Shown here piece after piece: positions 38,498-47,959 of a stretch of 54,061 nucleotides of DNA. The stretch is taken from assembly GCA_046292385.1 (NCBI GenBank), contig JBKBRF010000046.1, positions 1 through 54,061 on the forward strand, in the 5' to 3' direction. Position 1 is the first letter of the stretch. Every line of letters begins with the position of its first letter. Source of the stretch: Armatimonadota bacterium. GTDB taxonomy: Bacteria; Armatimonadota; SYMT01. The translations under genes and the position numbers were made by a program. Under the pieces are notes generated by a model that did no database searches, had not been told where the DNA came from, and was given only the letters and a program-made list of their open reading frames with translations.

Positions 38498-39948
38498 TGG
38501 AACGCGTCGACCGCCGGATCGCCGGCTCCGACCTGTTCTGGACCGCGCTGCTCGTCTTCGGGATGATCGGCGCGTGCGGCGTCATCACCGCCGGGCTGCT
38601 GCGGTTCTCGCCCGCGCTGGTAGCCGCCGCCGTCTGCGCGCTGCTCGGCTGCGCGGCAATCCTGCGGTTCCCGTACGCGGGGATCATCCTGTTCATGGGC
38701 CTGCTGGCGTTCCGGCCGGAGCAGCACTTCCCGATCCTGGAGTCGATGCGGCTCTCCCTGCTCCTCAGCGCCTTCACCCTCTTCGCGTGGCTGATCCAGG
38801 TGATGCTGGGGCGGGAGACGTTCCGCCCGCGGGTGGAGCTGGGATGGATGGTGCTCTTCGCGGCGGCCCTGGCGCTCTCCGCCCTCCGTTCCACCGTCTC
38901 CGGCGCGTTCGAGACCGGGATCACCGACGCCGCCAAGCTCGCGGCGCTCTTCGTCCTGTTCCAGCAGCTCCCCAACTCCGAAGCGCGGCTCTACGGGGCG
39001 ATGCACTGGCTGCTGGCGTTCAACGTCTACCTGGCGCTGCACGCGGCCTACGGCTGGTACACCGGGTCGATGGTGATGATGGAGCACGGGCAGCCGCGCG
39101 CGATCGTGGCGAACGGGAACTACGACGACCCGAACGACCTCGCCGCGGCGCTCGTCGTCTCCGTGCCGCTCGCGCTCTGCCTGCTCACCAGCGGCCGGTT
39201 CTGGAGCCGGCTCTGGGGCGGGCTGGCGCTGGCGGCGCTGCTGACGACCGTCTTCCTTACCTACTCTCGCGGCGGGATGATGGCCGCGGTCGCCGGGATG
39301 ACCCTCTTCTGCGGCCACCGGTTCGGCTGGGTGCGCACGGCGATAGTGGGATCGGTCCTCCTGGTGGCGTTGATGGCGATCGGTCCGGACCGCTTCACGG
39401 CGGAAAGCCTGGAGGGCGACGACTCCACCCTCGGCCGCATCTACGCCTGGGAGGCGGGGCTTGGGATGCTCGCCGCCAGCCCTCTGCTGGGAGTCGGCTA
39501 CGAGAAGTTCATCGTCCTCCACGGCCTGGCCCCTCACAACTCGCTGGTCCAGGTCTCCGCCGAGGGCGGGCTGCTGGGAGCGGTCGCGTGGGTGGGGCTG
39601 AACTACTGGGCCGCGCTCACGCTGGTGCGGGTCTGGCGGCGCCGCCGGGAGGCGGATGAGGACGTCCACGCGGTCGTTCCGCCCAAGGAGAGCGCCAGCC
39701 CGGAGCTGTCGACCTACGCCGTCGTGCTGCTGGCAGGGCTCGTCGCCTCGCTCGTGGCCCAGTTCTTCCTCCACCACGCCTACCGGCCGCAGCCGCTGAT
39801 CCCGGTGGCGCTGGCGGCCGCCTTCGCCGTGGTGGCCGGCGTGACCGCGCGAGAGAAGCAGTCGAACTGGGCCCACTTCCTGGCCGTGCCGGCGGTGACG
39901 CTCCTCGGCATCGGCTTCATCTGGGCGGCGGTGGTGACGGGAAAGTAG
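38497..39948 (+). CDS. O-antigen ligase/Wzy-like polymerase
   Basis: Many TMs, DPNDLA, TYSRGG, PLLGVG, PHNS...EGG; TGA/ATG overlap at 38495-38499. Confidence 0.88.
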   Translation: MERVDRRIAGSDLFWTALLVFGMIGACGVITAGLLRFSPALVAAAVCALLGCAAILRFPYAGIILFMGLLAFRPEQHFPILESMRLSLLLSAFTLFAWLIQVMLGRETFRPRVELGWMVLFAAALALSALRSTVSGAFETGITDAAKLAALFVLFQQLPNSEARLYGAMHWLLAFNVYLALHAAYGWYTGSMVMMEHGQPRAIVANGNYDDPNDLAAALVVSVPLALCLLTSGRFWSRLWGGLALAALLTTVFLTYSRGGMMAAVAGMTLFCGHRFGWVRTAIVGSVLLVALMAIGPDRFTAESLEGDDSTLGRIYAWEAGLGMLAASPLLGVGYEKFIVLHGLAPHNSLVQVSAEGGLLGAVAWVGLNYWAALTLVRVWRRRREADEDVHAVVPPKESASPELSTYAVVLLAGLVASLVAQFFLHHAYRPQPLIPVALAAAFAVVAGVTAREKQSNWAHFLAVPAVTLLGIGFIWAAVVTGK

Positions 39949-39958
39949 GAAGCAGGCA

Positions 39959-41500
39959 ATGGAATCGGCACCGGTAGAGAGGGATGAGGCGCGGCCCGGC
40001 AGCAAAGGGCTGGCGCAGCGGGTGGCGGGCAACTCCGCCTGGCTGATCGCGCGGCCGCTGCTGCTGAACGTCATCTCGATCGCCAGCACCGGGTACATCG
40101 CTCGGAAGCTGGGCGCGGGCGACTACGGCACCTTCAACCTCGGCTTCGCGCAGGTGGCGCTCTTCGTGCCGCTCTGCAGCCTGGGCCTGCGGGGCGTGGC
40201 GGTGCGGGCCGTGGCCCAGGACCGGGAGCACGCGCGGGAGATCATCTCCGCGGTGGCCGGCCTCCGGCTCCTCACTACCCTCGCCGCGGCGCTGCTGGCA
40301 CTGGCGTGGCTCTTCATCTCGCCCTACAGCGCGGCGACCCGGATGATCGGCGTCGCCGCGATCGCGAGCATGATCTGCACCGCCTGCGGCTACAGCCCCA
40401 TCGACCTGTTCCAGGGCTTCGAGCGCTCCCGGCTGGCGGTGATGCCGCAGATCGTCGGCGGCCTCGCCCTCACCGGCCTCTCGGTGCTGGCGCTGGTGCT
40501 CGGATTCGGCCTGGCCGGCTTTACGGTGGCCTACGTCCTGGGGGCGGTGCTGCAGCTCGTCCTGCTGCTGGCGGCGGCGCGGAAGCACTACTTCCCGATC
40601 GTTCCGTCGTGGGACCCGCCCCGGTACCGGCAGCTCCTGCTCCAGGCGCGCGCCTTCGCCCTGATCGGGGTCGTCGGGGTCTGGACCCAACCCGCCGTGC
40701 TCGACGTGATGATCCTCGCGGCGCTGCTCGGCGATCACGCCGTCGGCCCTTACGCGGCGGCGATCGGGCTGCTGGGACGGCTGCTGATCGTGCCGCTCGG
40801 CATCGGCGACGCGCTCTATCCGGCGGTGGCCCACGGCTACGCGCAAGACCGGGCCGAGGTGGAGTCCGGGGTGCGCCGGTGCTTCACGACCCTCGCGCTG
40901 GTCACCGTGCCGATCTCGGTCTGGCTTAGCTTCGCGGCGCCGACCGTGCTCTGGCTGCTCTTCGGGAGCGAGTACGTCTCCGCCGCGCCAGCGCTGGCGG
41001 TGGCCGGCTGGCTGCTGCCGGTGGCCGGCCTGGGGTACGCCTTGCGGGAGTGCCTCTCCGCGGTGCACCTTCAGGGCATCAGCGCGCGGCTCTGGGCCCT
41101 GGGCGGGGTTCTCACCGTGGTGCTGCTCGGGCTGCTGATCCCACCATTCGGCGCCACCGGAGCGGCGCTCGCGCTGCTGGGGCAGGAGCTGGTCCTGCTT
41201 CCGATCAGCGCGCTCTACTTCGCGCGGCAGTTCCAGCGGCCCGTCTCCACGGGCGACCTGGGCCGGGTGGCACTCGCGGGGGCGCTCTTCGCGGCGCCGC
41301 TCGCGGCGGCGGCGACTCACTACTCGCACCTGGGCATCACCGCGGCATCGTTCGCCGGCGCGGCTCTCTACGGGGCAGCGGTGGTGTGGCTCGGCCTCGT
41401 CGACCTGCGGGAACTGCCGGTGGTCGGCCGCCTCCTGCGCAAAAAGGCGCCCGCACCGGTGGCCGCCCTCGCCGGCACGGAAGCAGCGCAATCGAGCTAA
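39959..41500 (+). CDS. Wzx-like polysaccharide flippase
   Basis: ARKLGAGDYG, VGPYAAA, about 12-14 TMs, EPS cluster context. Confidence 0.9.
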   Translation: MESAPVERDEARPGSKGLAQRVAGNSAWLIARPLLLNVISIASTGYIARKLGAGDYGTFNLGFAQVALFVPLCSLGLRGVAVRAVAQDREHAREIISAVAGLRLLTTLAAALLALAWLFISPYSAATRMIGVAAIASMICTACGYSPIDLFQGFERSRLAVMPQIVGGLALTGLSVLALVLGFGLAGFTVAYVLGAVLQLVLLLAAARKHYFPIVPSWDPPRYRQLLLQARAFALIGVVGVWTQPAVLDVMILAALLGDHAVGPYAAAIGLLGRLLIVPLGIGDALYPAVAHGYAQDRAEVESGVRRCFTTLALVTVPISVWLSFAAPTVLWLLFGSEYVSAAPALAVAGWLLPVAGLGYALRECLSAVHLQGISARLWALGGVLTVVLLGLLIPPFGATGAALALLGQELVLLPISALYFARQFQRPVSTGDLGRVALAGALFAAPLAAAATHYSHLGITAASFAGAALYGAAVVWLGLVDLRELPVVGRLLRKKAPAPVAALAGTEAAQSS

Positions 41501-43176
41501 CGGCAGCGCCTGGGAGCGAGCTCGGTGGAGGTCTCGGGCGCGCTCTCGGGGTCGACGCTGTCGTCGGGCGGAAGCTCCCAGGCGTCGGGACTTCCGTATC
41601 GCCCGTGAACGGCCGGCAAGTCGCGCGGAGTGGAGTGCTCCGGGCTTCCCGCGCTCTGCCGCATGCCCTGCGCGTCGAACGAGACAATCGCCGTCAGGCC
41701 GGCGCCCGAGCGGAGCTCCAGGGAACCGCCTAGCGAGCTTTCGACGAGGGCCTGAACGAGCTGAAGGCCTACCCCTCCGTGTTTCCGCGGCTCGAAGTGC
41801 TTCGCCAGGCCGGGCCCGTTGTCCTGAACGCTTAGCCGCAGCCGCTCTCCCGCGCCCTCGCGAATGCTGATCCGGAGCGAGCCGCCTGCACCGCCGGGAA
41901 ACGCGTGCTTGGCGGCGTTGCTGATCAGCTCATTCAGCACGATCGCGAGCGCGGTCGCCTCCTTGGACGGGACCAGGAGGTGCGGCACGTCGATCCGGAG
42001 ATCGACCTTCGCCGCGGAGTGGGCGCTCGCGGCCAGCGCCATCGGCGCGAGCCGCTCTATCAGCTCTCGCAGGTCCGCGTGGTCCAGCTCCACGTCGCGA
42101 GAGAGGAGGTCGTGGACGATCGCAATCGCCTGGATGCGCTCAATGCATCCCCGCAGCGCTTCGGTGCCGGAGGTGGGAGCCGCCGCGTACAGCTCCAGGG
42201 AAAGGACGTCGGTCACCGCCTGCAGGTTGTTCTTGATCCGGTGGTGCGCCTCGCGCACGCACAGCTTGAGCTGCTCGCTCCGGATCCGCTCCCGCTCCAG
42301 TACCGCTGCCATGGTGCCCAGCAGGGCGCGCGGGTCGACCGGCTTATCGTAGCAGGCCGTGACCTGTGCCGCGATCGGGTCGCACTCCAGGTCTCCGAGG
42401 GCGGAGAGGATGATTACGGGGATGTCGCCCGCGGGTCCCATGCTCTTCAGGCGGCGCTGAAACTCCCACCCGTCCATCACCGGCATCGTCAGATCGAGCA
42501 GGATCAGCGCCGGCCGGGGAATCTCACGCAGCAGCTCCAGTGCTTCCTGGCCATTCGCCGCGGTCACCACGTCGTGTCCGAACTCGACCAGGAGCTCCGC
42601 CATCGACTCCCGGACGGCACGGTCATCGTCGACGAGCAGGATCACCCGCCGCTCTTCCGGGTGCGCAGCCTCTCCCCACGGCACGTCGACCGACGAGTAG
42701 CCCGGCCTCGCGGTATTCTCCCGCCTGATTACCGAATCGAGCGCCAGCGCAGTCTGCTCGCCGAGGATGCCGAGGAGTCCGGTCACCAGCTCCACCCGCC
42801 TCGGCGGCACGGGCTGACTGCGCCGTGCGTGGACAAACAGCCGGCCTCGCACACTCCCACCGGCGATCGGCACGCACAGGACCAGGTCGTGCGGCCCGGC
42901 ACGTAAGGCTGCCGCCACCGCCTGCGGTCCGGCATCGTCCAGTGAGAGATCGAGGGATCGGAACGCGGCGGCTCCCGGACCGAAGGCCGTCTCCACTCGC
43001 GCGGCCCCGGTGCCCTCGTCCAGCAGCAGCAGCGAGGACGATTCCGCGGCGGCGAGCTGGACAGCTCGCTCCACCGCCATCCGTGCGATCACGGCGCGGT
43101 CGCCGCAGGTCGCCATCGCACGTATAGAAGCGGCGAGTGCGCGGAGCTCCGGGAGAGTTACCGAGGTGCCTGGCAT
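41497..43176 (-). CDS. Hybrid sensor kinase (GAF-like, REC, HisKA_2/HATPase)
   Basis: LVDDD...LLDLTMP; EAHHRIKNNLQ; NELISNAAKHAF; DNGPG. Confidence 0.88.
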   Translation of the reverse strand: MPGTSVTLPELRALAASIRAMATCGDRAVIARMAVERAVQLAAAESSSLLLLDEGTGAARVETAFGPGAAAFRSLDLSLDDAGPQAVAAALRAGPHDLVLCVPIAGGSVRGRLFVHARRSQPVPPRRVELVTGLLGILGEQTALALDSVIRRENTARPGYSSVDVPWGEAAHPEERRVILLVDDDRAVRESMAELLVEFGHDVVTAANGQEALELLREIPRPALILLDLTMPVMDGWEFQRRLKSMGPAGDIPVIILSALGDLECDPIAAQVTACYDKPVDPRALLGTMAAVLERERIRSEQLKLCVREAHHRIKNNLQAVTDVLSLELYAAAPTSGTEALRGCIERIQAIAIVHDLLSRDVELDHADLRELIERLAPMALAASAHSAAKVDLRIDVPHLLVPSKEATALAIVLNELISNAAKHAFPGGAGGSLRISIREGAGERLRLSVQDNGPGLAKHFEPRKHGGVGLQLVQALVESSLGGSLELRSGAGLTAIVSFDAQGMRQSAGSPEHSTPRDLPAVHGRYGSPDAWELPPDDSVDPESAPETSTELAPRRCR

Positions 43177-43409
43177 AAAGGTGCCCCCGATCCGACCAGC
43201 CGAACGCTGCCTGAAAGAGCGAGCGGGCCAGCCTTTCGGGGATTAATTCCAGTCGAGCCGGAATTCTCCTGCGAGAGTTTGCGAAGGTTGACCTCGGTTA
43301 CGAGCCCGGGGCACACCGCACCTGCTGGAGCGTTCAACAGTGGAGGCGTGAGCGTCCCGGGGGTGCCCGGACGGCGCGACCGGCGACTTCCGCCGGTCGC
43401 ATCCAGGCG

Positions 43410-44195
43410 TTAGTGGACGCTTGAATCCGAATCGGCGACCGCGTTTCCGGCCCCCGGGTGAGTGAGCCACGGACGCGTGTCGAAGAGGTCGCGGCGGCAC
43501 TCCTCTTCCTCGTCGAGATTCGCGCTGCGCCGCTCTTCCAGGGCGTAGCGGAACTTCTTCGGAATGAAGTGGCGCTCCTGCGGACAGAGCCAGTCGAAGA
43601 TCTCCACCAGCGCGCAGAGCAGGCGCCAGTGCTGGCGTACTTCATGCAGCAGGTGGCCCCAGTCCAGCTCCCCCCGGGTTCCGCGGATCACGTTGATGAT
43701 GTCCGGCCAGTCGCAGCGTTTCCGCTGGAACACGAACAGCTTCATCCAGCACATGTCCGCGGCCGAGACGTGGCGCACGCGCTCGCCGAAGAACTCGCCC
43801 TCGCAGGAGCGCTCGAACCAGTCTTCCGCGATGTCGTCCGCCTTGTTTGCCAGGCGCCAGATCAGGTCCACGATCACCCCTTCACGAGTGCCGCGGAAGA
43901 TCCACTCCCGGTCGTACGGCTCCTGCTGGAACATGTCGCTGAAGCCCGCGCCCGTGAGCGCCTCGATCGCCGCCTCGCGGTCCTGGGGCAGCACCAGGAT
44001 GTCGAGGTCCTTGGTGCCCCGCCAGAAGCCGGTGTAGTGATAAAGGCCGAAGGCGCCTCCCATCAGGAACGGCACCCCGGCTTGCTTGAGGGCCTGGATA
44101 GCGCGCACGAACCATTTCCGCGCCACCGGCGATATATCGATTTCCTGCTCGGAGGTGCCGTTCTGGCAGAGCTCCGGCAGGTTGACTACCTCCAT
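43410..44195 (-). CDS. Nucleotidyltransferase family protein
   Basis: GGAFGL...RGTKDLDI (G-G...DxD) and a third Asp in VDLI. Confidence 0.75.
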   Translation of the reverse strand: MEVVNLPELCQNGTSEQEIDISPVARKWFVRAIQALKQAGVPFLMGGAFGLYHYTGFWRGTKDLDILVLPQDREAAIEALTGAGFSDMFQQEPYDREWIFRGTREGVIVDLIWRLANKADDIAEDWFERSCEGEFFGERVRHVSAADMCWMKLFVFQRKRCDWPDIINVIRGTRGELDWGHLLHEVRQHWRLLCALVEIFDWLCPQERHFIPKKFRYALEERRSANLDEEEECRRDLFDTRPWLTHPGAGNAVADSDSSVH

Positions 44196-44366
44196 CAAGG
44201 ACGTGGTCTCCCTCTTTTCAGTTGTTCGCGCGCCGCTCCGGCCCCAGCGCCGGACGCGCAGTAATGCGCTATACCCGCACCGGCCCCGCTTTAGCCGCGG
44301 CGCCGGAATCGCCGGGGTTCAAGCCCGGGGAGATCACTTATAATGAGGTAGTCTCACCAGAAACGA

Positions 44367-45224
44367 GTGGGCGCGGCCGCAAGCGGGGTGGACGGGCGAG
44401 TGCTGGGTGGATTCGAAATCTGGAGCTGGGTGGCCCGTGTCCTCGATGTTCTCGTTGTCGCGGCGATCTTCTACAGCCTGGTGATGCTCGCGCGCGGCAC
44501 CCGCGCGTGGAAGATCATCTCCGGGCTGATGGTGTTCGGCGCCATCTTCCTGCTCTCGGACCTGCTCCAGTTCCGCACCCTCAACTGGCTGCTGCGCCAG
44601 ATCGTGCCGCTGGCGCCGGTGGCGCTCGTGATCCTCTTCTATCCGGAGCTGCGCTACGCGCTGGAAGAGATGGGACGGGTGCAGTTCTGGCGCAACCGCT
44701 TGATGCTGCTGCCGAAGGAAGACGTGCAGCGGCTGGTCGGCGAGCTGGTCCGGGTCGCGGGCAGCCTCTCCAGCAAGCGGGTGGGAGCGCTGATGGTGAT
44801 CGAGCGGGAAGAAGGGCTGGACGACCTGATTGCCACCGGCGTACCCCTCGACGCCCAGGTGAGCGCGGAGCTGCTGGCCACCCTCTTCTACCCCGGCACC
44901 GCCCTGCATGACGGCGCGGTCATGATCCGCGGCGACCGCGTGGTGGCGGCCGGGTGCGTGCTGCCGCTGACCGACCGCCCGGACGTAGGGACCGACGTCC
45001 ACACGCGCCACCGCGCCGCCATCGGCGTCACGGAGCGGAGCGACGCGCTGGTGGTGGTGGTCTCCGAGGAGACCGGCGCGATCTCCCTCGGGCAGGAAGG
45101 CCGCTTGGCGCGCGGGCTCAAGCCGGAGGTGCTGCAGCAGCGCCTGCTCGCCGTGCTGCAGCCGGCGGAGGCGCGGGAGAGCCGCATTCCGATCACGCTC
45201 CCTTCGTTCCGGGGCCGCAAGTAA
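44367..45224 (+). CDS. cdaA: Diadenylate cyclase
   Basis: Three TMs, PELRYALE, LHDGA, RHRAAIG, VSEETG; start uncertain (44367 or 44388). Confidence 0.95.
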   Translation: MGAAASGVDGRVLGGFEIWSWVARVLDVLVVAAIFYSLVMLARGTRAWKIISGLMVFGAIFLLSDLLQFRTLNWLLRQIVPLAPVALVILFYPELRYALEEMGRVQFWRNRLMLLPKEDVQRLVGELVRVAGSLSSKRVGALMVIEREEGLDDLIATGVPLDAQVSAELLATLFYPGTALHDGAVMIRGDRVVAAGCVLPLTDRPDVGTDVHTRHRAAIGVTERSDALVVVVSEETGAISLGQEGRLARGLKPEVLQQRLLAVLQPAEARESRIPITLPSFRGRK

Positions 45225-45258
45225 CGTCGTCCGCCTCCGAGGCCGGTAAAGCTGAGTC

Positions 45259-46335
45259 GTGAACATTCTCAAGCACAACCTGGGCTGGAAGCTGATCTCG
45301 CTGGCAGGCGCGGTGCTCGTCTCGTTCCTCGTGCACCGGCAGGAAGACGTGCGCCGCAGCACCATCCTGCTGCCGGTCAACGTCACCGCGCAGGCGGGTC
45401 AGCGGGTGCTGGAGCCGGGACCCGGCTTCCGCATCCGCGTCAACCTGACCGGACCCAGCGAGGTGATCCAGGAGCTGGAAGAGGAGAGCGACGAGATCCG
45501 GCTGCGGATGGACACCTCCCAGGTGCGGCCCGGGCAGCGCGCCTCCGTGCCGGTGCGCGTGGAGCTGCCGACTCGCTACCGCGGCGACGTGCAGGTCGAC
45601 TGGACCCCGCGGAATATCCCGGTCCGAATCGTGGCGGACGCCAGCAAGGTGCTCCCCGTCATCACGGAGGCGCTCAGCCGGCCGGAAGGCTGGGAACTGC
45701 AGGCGCCGCTCCAGTCGAACCCGCCGCGCGTGAGCGTGAGCGGCGATGACGAGGCGCTAGACCGCGTCGCCTCGATCAAGGCGCCGGTGGTGCTCGGCGA
45801 GAACATGCGGATCAACCAGCAGGTGGCGCTCCAGGCGTTCGACGCGCGGGGCCGCAATATCACCGACCAGGTGCGGCTGGACCCGCCGCAGGTGCTGGTG
45901 ACCGGTCTGCAGAACCCGGTGGCGATCTCCAAGCGAGTTCCGGTACAGCCGATCTTTCAGACGCCCCCCGGAGTCCGCGTGACGGCGGAAGTGGAGCCGA
46001 GCCGCGTTCGGGTGGTGGGGCCGGAGCGGAAAGTCGGCGATATCTACGTGATCGAGACCGACCCGATTCCGATCCCGGCCGGGCAGACCGAGGTGACCCG
46101 CGAGGTTTCGCTGGTGCCGCCGCGTGACGATGTTGAGCTGGACCCGCCGCGAGTCCGCGTGACCCTGCGCCTGCAGCCTAATGCGGCCCCGGGAACCGGG
46201 GGGAGCGCCGGCACTCCCGAGAGCCCGCCGCGGGAGCGGGAGAATCCCCGGGAGCGGGAAAACCCGCGGGAGCGAGAGAATCCGCGTGAGCGAGAGAACC
46301 CACGCGAGCGAGAGCCCGCCCCGGCGCCGGGGTAA
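45259..46335 (+). CDS. cdaR: CdaR/YbbR-like regulator
   Basis: NLGWKLISL N-terminal TM, repeated YbbR-like beta domains, position between cdaA and glmM. Confidence 0.85.
   Translation: MNILKHNLGWKLISLAGAVLVSFLVHRQEDVRRSTILLPVNVTAQAGQRVLEPGPGFRIRVNLTGPSEVIQELEEESDEIRLRMDTSQVRPGQRASVPVRVELPTRYRGDVQVDWTPRNIPVRIVADASKVLPVITEALSRPEGWELQAPLQSNPPRVSVSGDDEALDRVASIKAPVVLGENMRINQQVALQAFDARGRNITDQVRLDPPQVLVTGLQNPVAISKRVPVQPIFQTPPGVRVTAEVEPSRVRVVGPERKVGDIYVIETDPIPIPAGQTEVTREVSLVPPRDDVELDPPRVRVTLRLQPNAAPGTGGSAGTPESPPRERENPRERENPRERENPRERENPREREPAPAPG
46228..46314 (+). repeat. 18-bp coding tandem repeat (PREREN x4.8)
   Basis: Identical peptide units with different synonymous codons. Confidence 0.85.
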
Positions 46336-46346
46336 CAAGAGGAGTC

Positions 46347-47741
46347 ATGCAAGAAGATCCTAAGTTCGGGACCGATGGAGTGCGCGGCGTGGCGAACGCC
46401 GACCTCTCCGCGTTCTTCTCCTTCCGCCTGGGACGCGTGGCCGGCGGCGTCGTCGCCGGCTCTTCCGGTCCGGAAGGCAGCCGCCCCCGCGTGCTGATCG
46501 GGCGGGACACGCGCATCTCGGGCGACATGCTCCGCAGCGCGCTCTCCGCCGGGCTGCTCTCGGTCGGCGTCGACGTGGTCGATCTCGGGGTGATCCCCAC
46601 TCCCGGCGTCGCCTTCCTCACCCGCAGCATCCGCGCCGCGGCGGGCGCGGTCATCTCCGCCTCCCACAATCCCGCGCCGGACAACGGCATCAAGTTTTTC
46701 GGCCCGGACGGCCGCAAGATCGCGGACGAGACCGAGACCGCCATCGAGGAGGCGATCGACGACTGGGAGCGCTTCCCGCACCCGACCGGCGGTGAGATCG
46801 GTCGGGCGAGTGAAGGCGGCGAGCTGGTCGCCTCCTACCTGGAGTTCCTGAAGAGCTGCGCGCCGGGCTCGCTCCGTGGACTGCGCATCGTGATGGACTG
46901 CGGCAACGGCGCCGCCTCCCTGCTCGGGCCGCGGCTGGCGCGGGAGCTGGGCGCGGAGGTGATCTCGCTCTTCGACTCGCCGGACGGTCTGAACATCAAC
47001 GACGGCTGTGGGGCGCTGCACCCGGAGAAGGCGCAGCAGGCGGTGCGGGAGCACGGCGCCGACTTCGGCGTCAGCTTCGACGGCGACGCGGACCGCGCGA
47101 TCTTCACGGACGGCGACGGCAACCTGGTCGACGGCGACCGCGTGATGGCGATGTGCGCCATCGATGCCCGCGGTACGGACGGCCTGCCCGGGAACGTGGT
47201 CGTCGGCACGGTGATGAGCAACGTCGGCCTGGAGCGCGGCCTGGCGGAGCACGGCATCCGCCTGGAGCGCGCCCCGGTCGGCGACCGCCACGTAGCGGAG
47301 CGCATGCGCGCGGAGGGTGCCGCGCTGGGCGGCGAGAAGAGCGGGCACATCATCTTCTCCCGCCTGCATACCACCGGCGACGGCCTGCTCACCTTCCTGC
47401 AGGTGGCAGGGCTCGTCCACCGCACCGGCCGCAGCCTGGCGGAGCTGGCGGGGCAGATCCGCGAGTACCCGCAGCTCCTGGTAAACGTGCCGGTCTGGCG
47501 CCGCCGCGGCTGGCGGGACCAGCCGGACCTGTGGGCGGCGGTCCGCGAGGCGGAGGCGCGGCTCGGCAACCGGGGCCGCGTGCTGGTGCGCGCCAGCGGC
47601 ACCGAGCGGATCATCCGGGTGATGGCGGAGGGTCCGGAAGAGGGCGAGGTGCACGAGATCGTGGAGCGGATCTGCGCCGTCGTCCGCGACAAGATGGGCT
47701 CCCCGCCTCCCGGCGCGTCAGACGAAGACGACGACGAATAG
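46347..47741 (+). CDS. glmM: Phosphoglucosamine mutase
   Basis: FGTDGVRG, ISASHNP, FDGDADR, GGEKSGH, VRASGTE. Confidence 0.97.
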   Translation: MQEDPKFGTDGVRGVANADLSAFFSFRLGRVAGGVVAGSSGPEGSRPRVLIGRDTRISGDMLRSALSAGLLSVGVDVVDLGVIPTPGVAFLTRSIRAAAGAVISASHNPAPDNGIKFFGPDGRKIADETETAIEEAIDDWERFPHPTGGEIGRASEGGELVASYLEFLKSCAPGSLRGLRIVMDCGNGAASLLGPRLARELGAEVISLFDSPDGLNINDGCGALHPEKAQQAVREHGADFGVSFDGDADRAIFTDGDGNLVDGDRVMAMCAIDARGTDGLPGNVVVGTVMSNVGLERGLAEHGIRLERAPVGDRHVAERMRAEGAALGGEKSGHIIFSRLHTTGDGLLTFLQVAGLVHRTGRSLAELAGQIREYPQLLVNVPVWRRRGWRDQPDLWAAVREAEARLGNRGRVLVRASGTERIIRVMAEGPEEGEVHEIVERICAVVRDKMGSPPPGASDEDDDE

Positions 47742-47767
47742 CGGCAATCGGCGGTAGACGAGTTGAA

Positions 47768-47920
47768 AGACGGACCCTCCACCGTGCTTGCCTGTGGAGT
47801 GCGGTGGCTTGCCACCGCTTGGTAGTGCGCTTCGCTCAGGGGTCAGGGCTTTCGCAAGGCGGAGTGGCAGACCGGGTACGGCTGCTGCTCCAGAGCCCGC
47901 CTCGAGGGGTGGTCCGTCTC
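47768..47920. repeat. REP-like composite element (CTGTGGAGTGCGGTGGCT family)
   Basis: 47792-47809 identical to 53954-53971; hairpin gcggtggc-tt-gccaccgc; outer inverted repeat agacggacc/ggtccgtct. Confidence 0.6.
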
Positions 47921-47959
47921 TCCGACTGGCATACTCCAGCCCGACCACGGGAGGCGAAC

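Noticed and set aside
44312..44328. tRNA T-arm-like GGTTCAAG hairpin
   Set aside because: Wrong loop register and no cloverleaf
47742..47959. glmS ribozyme downstream of glmM
   Set aside because: No glmS gene and no recognisable ribozyme core; the sequence is REP-like
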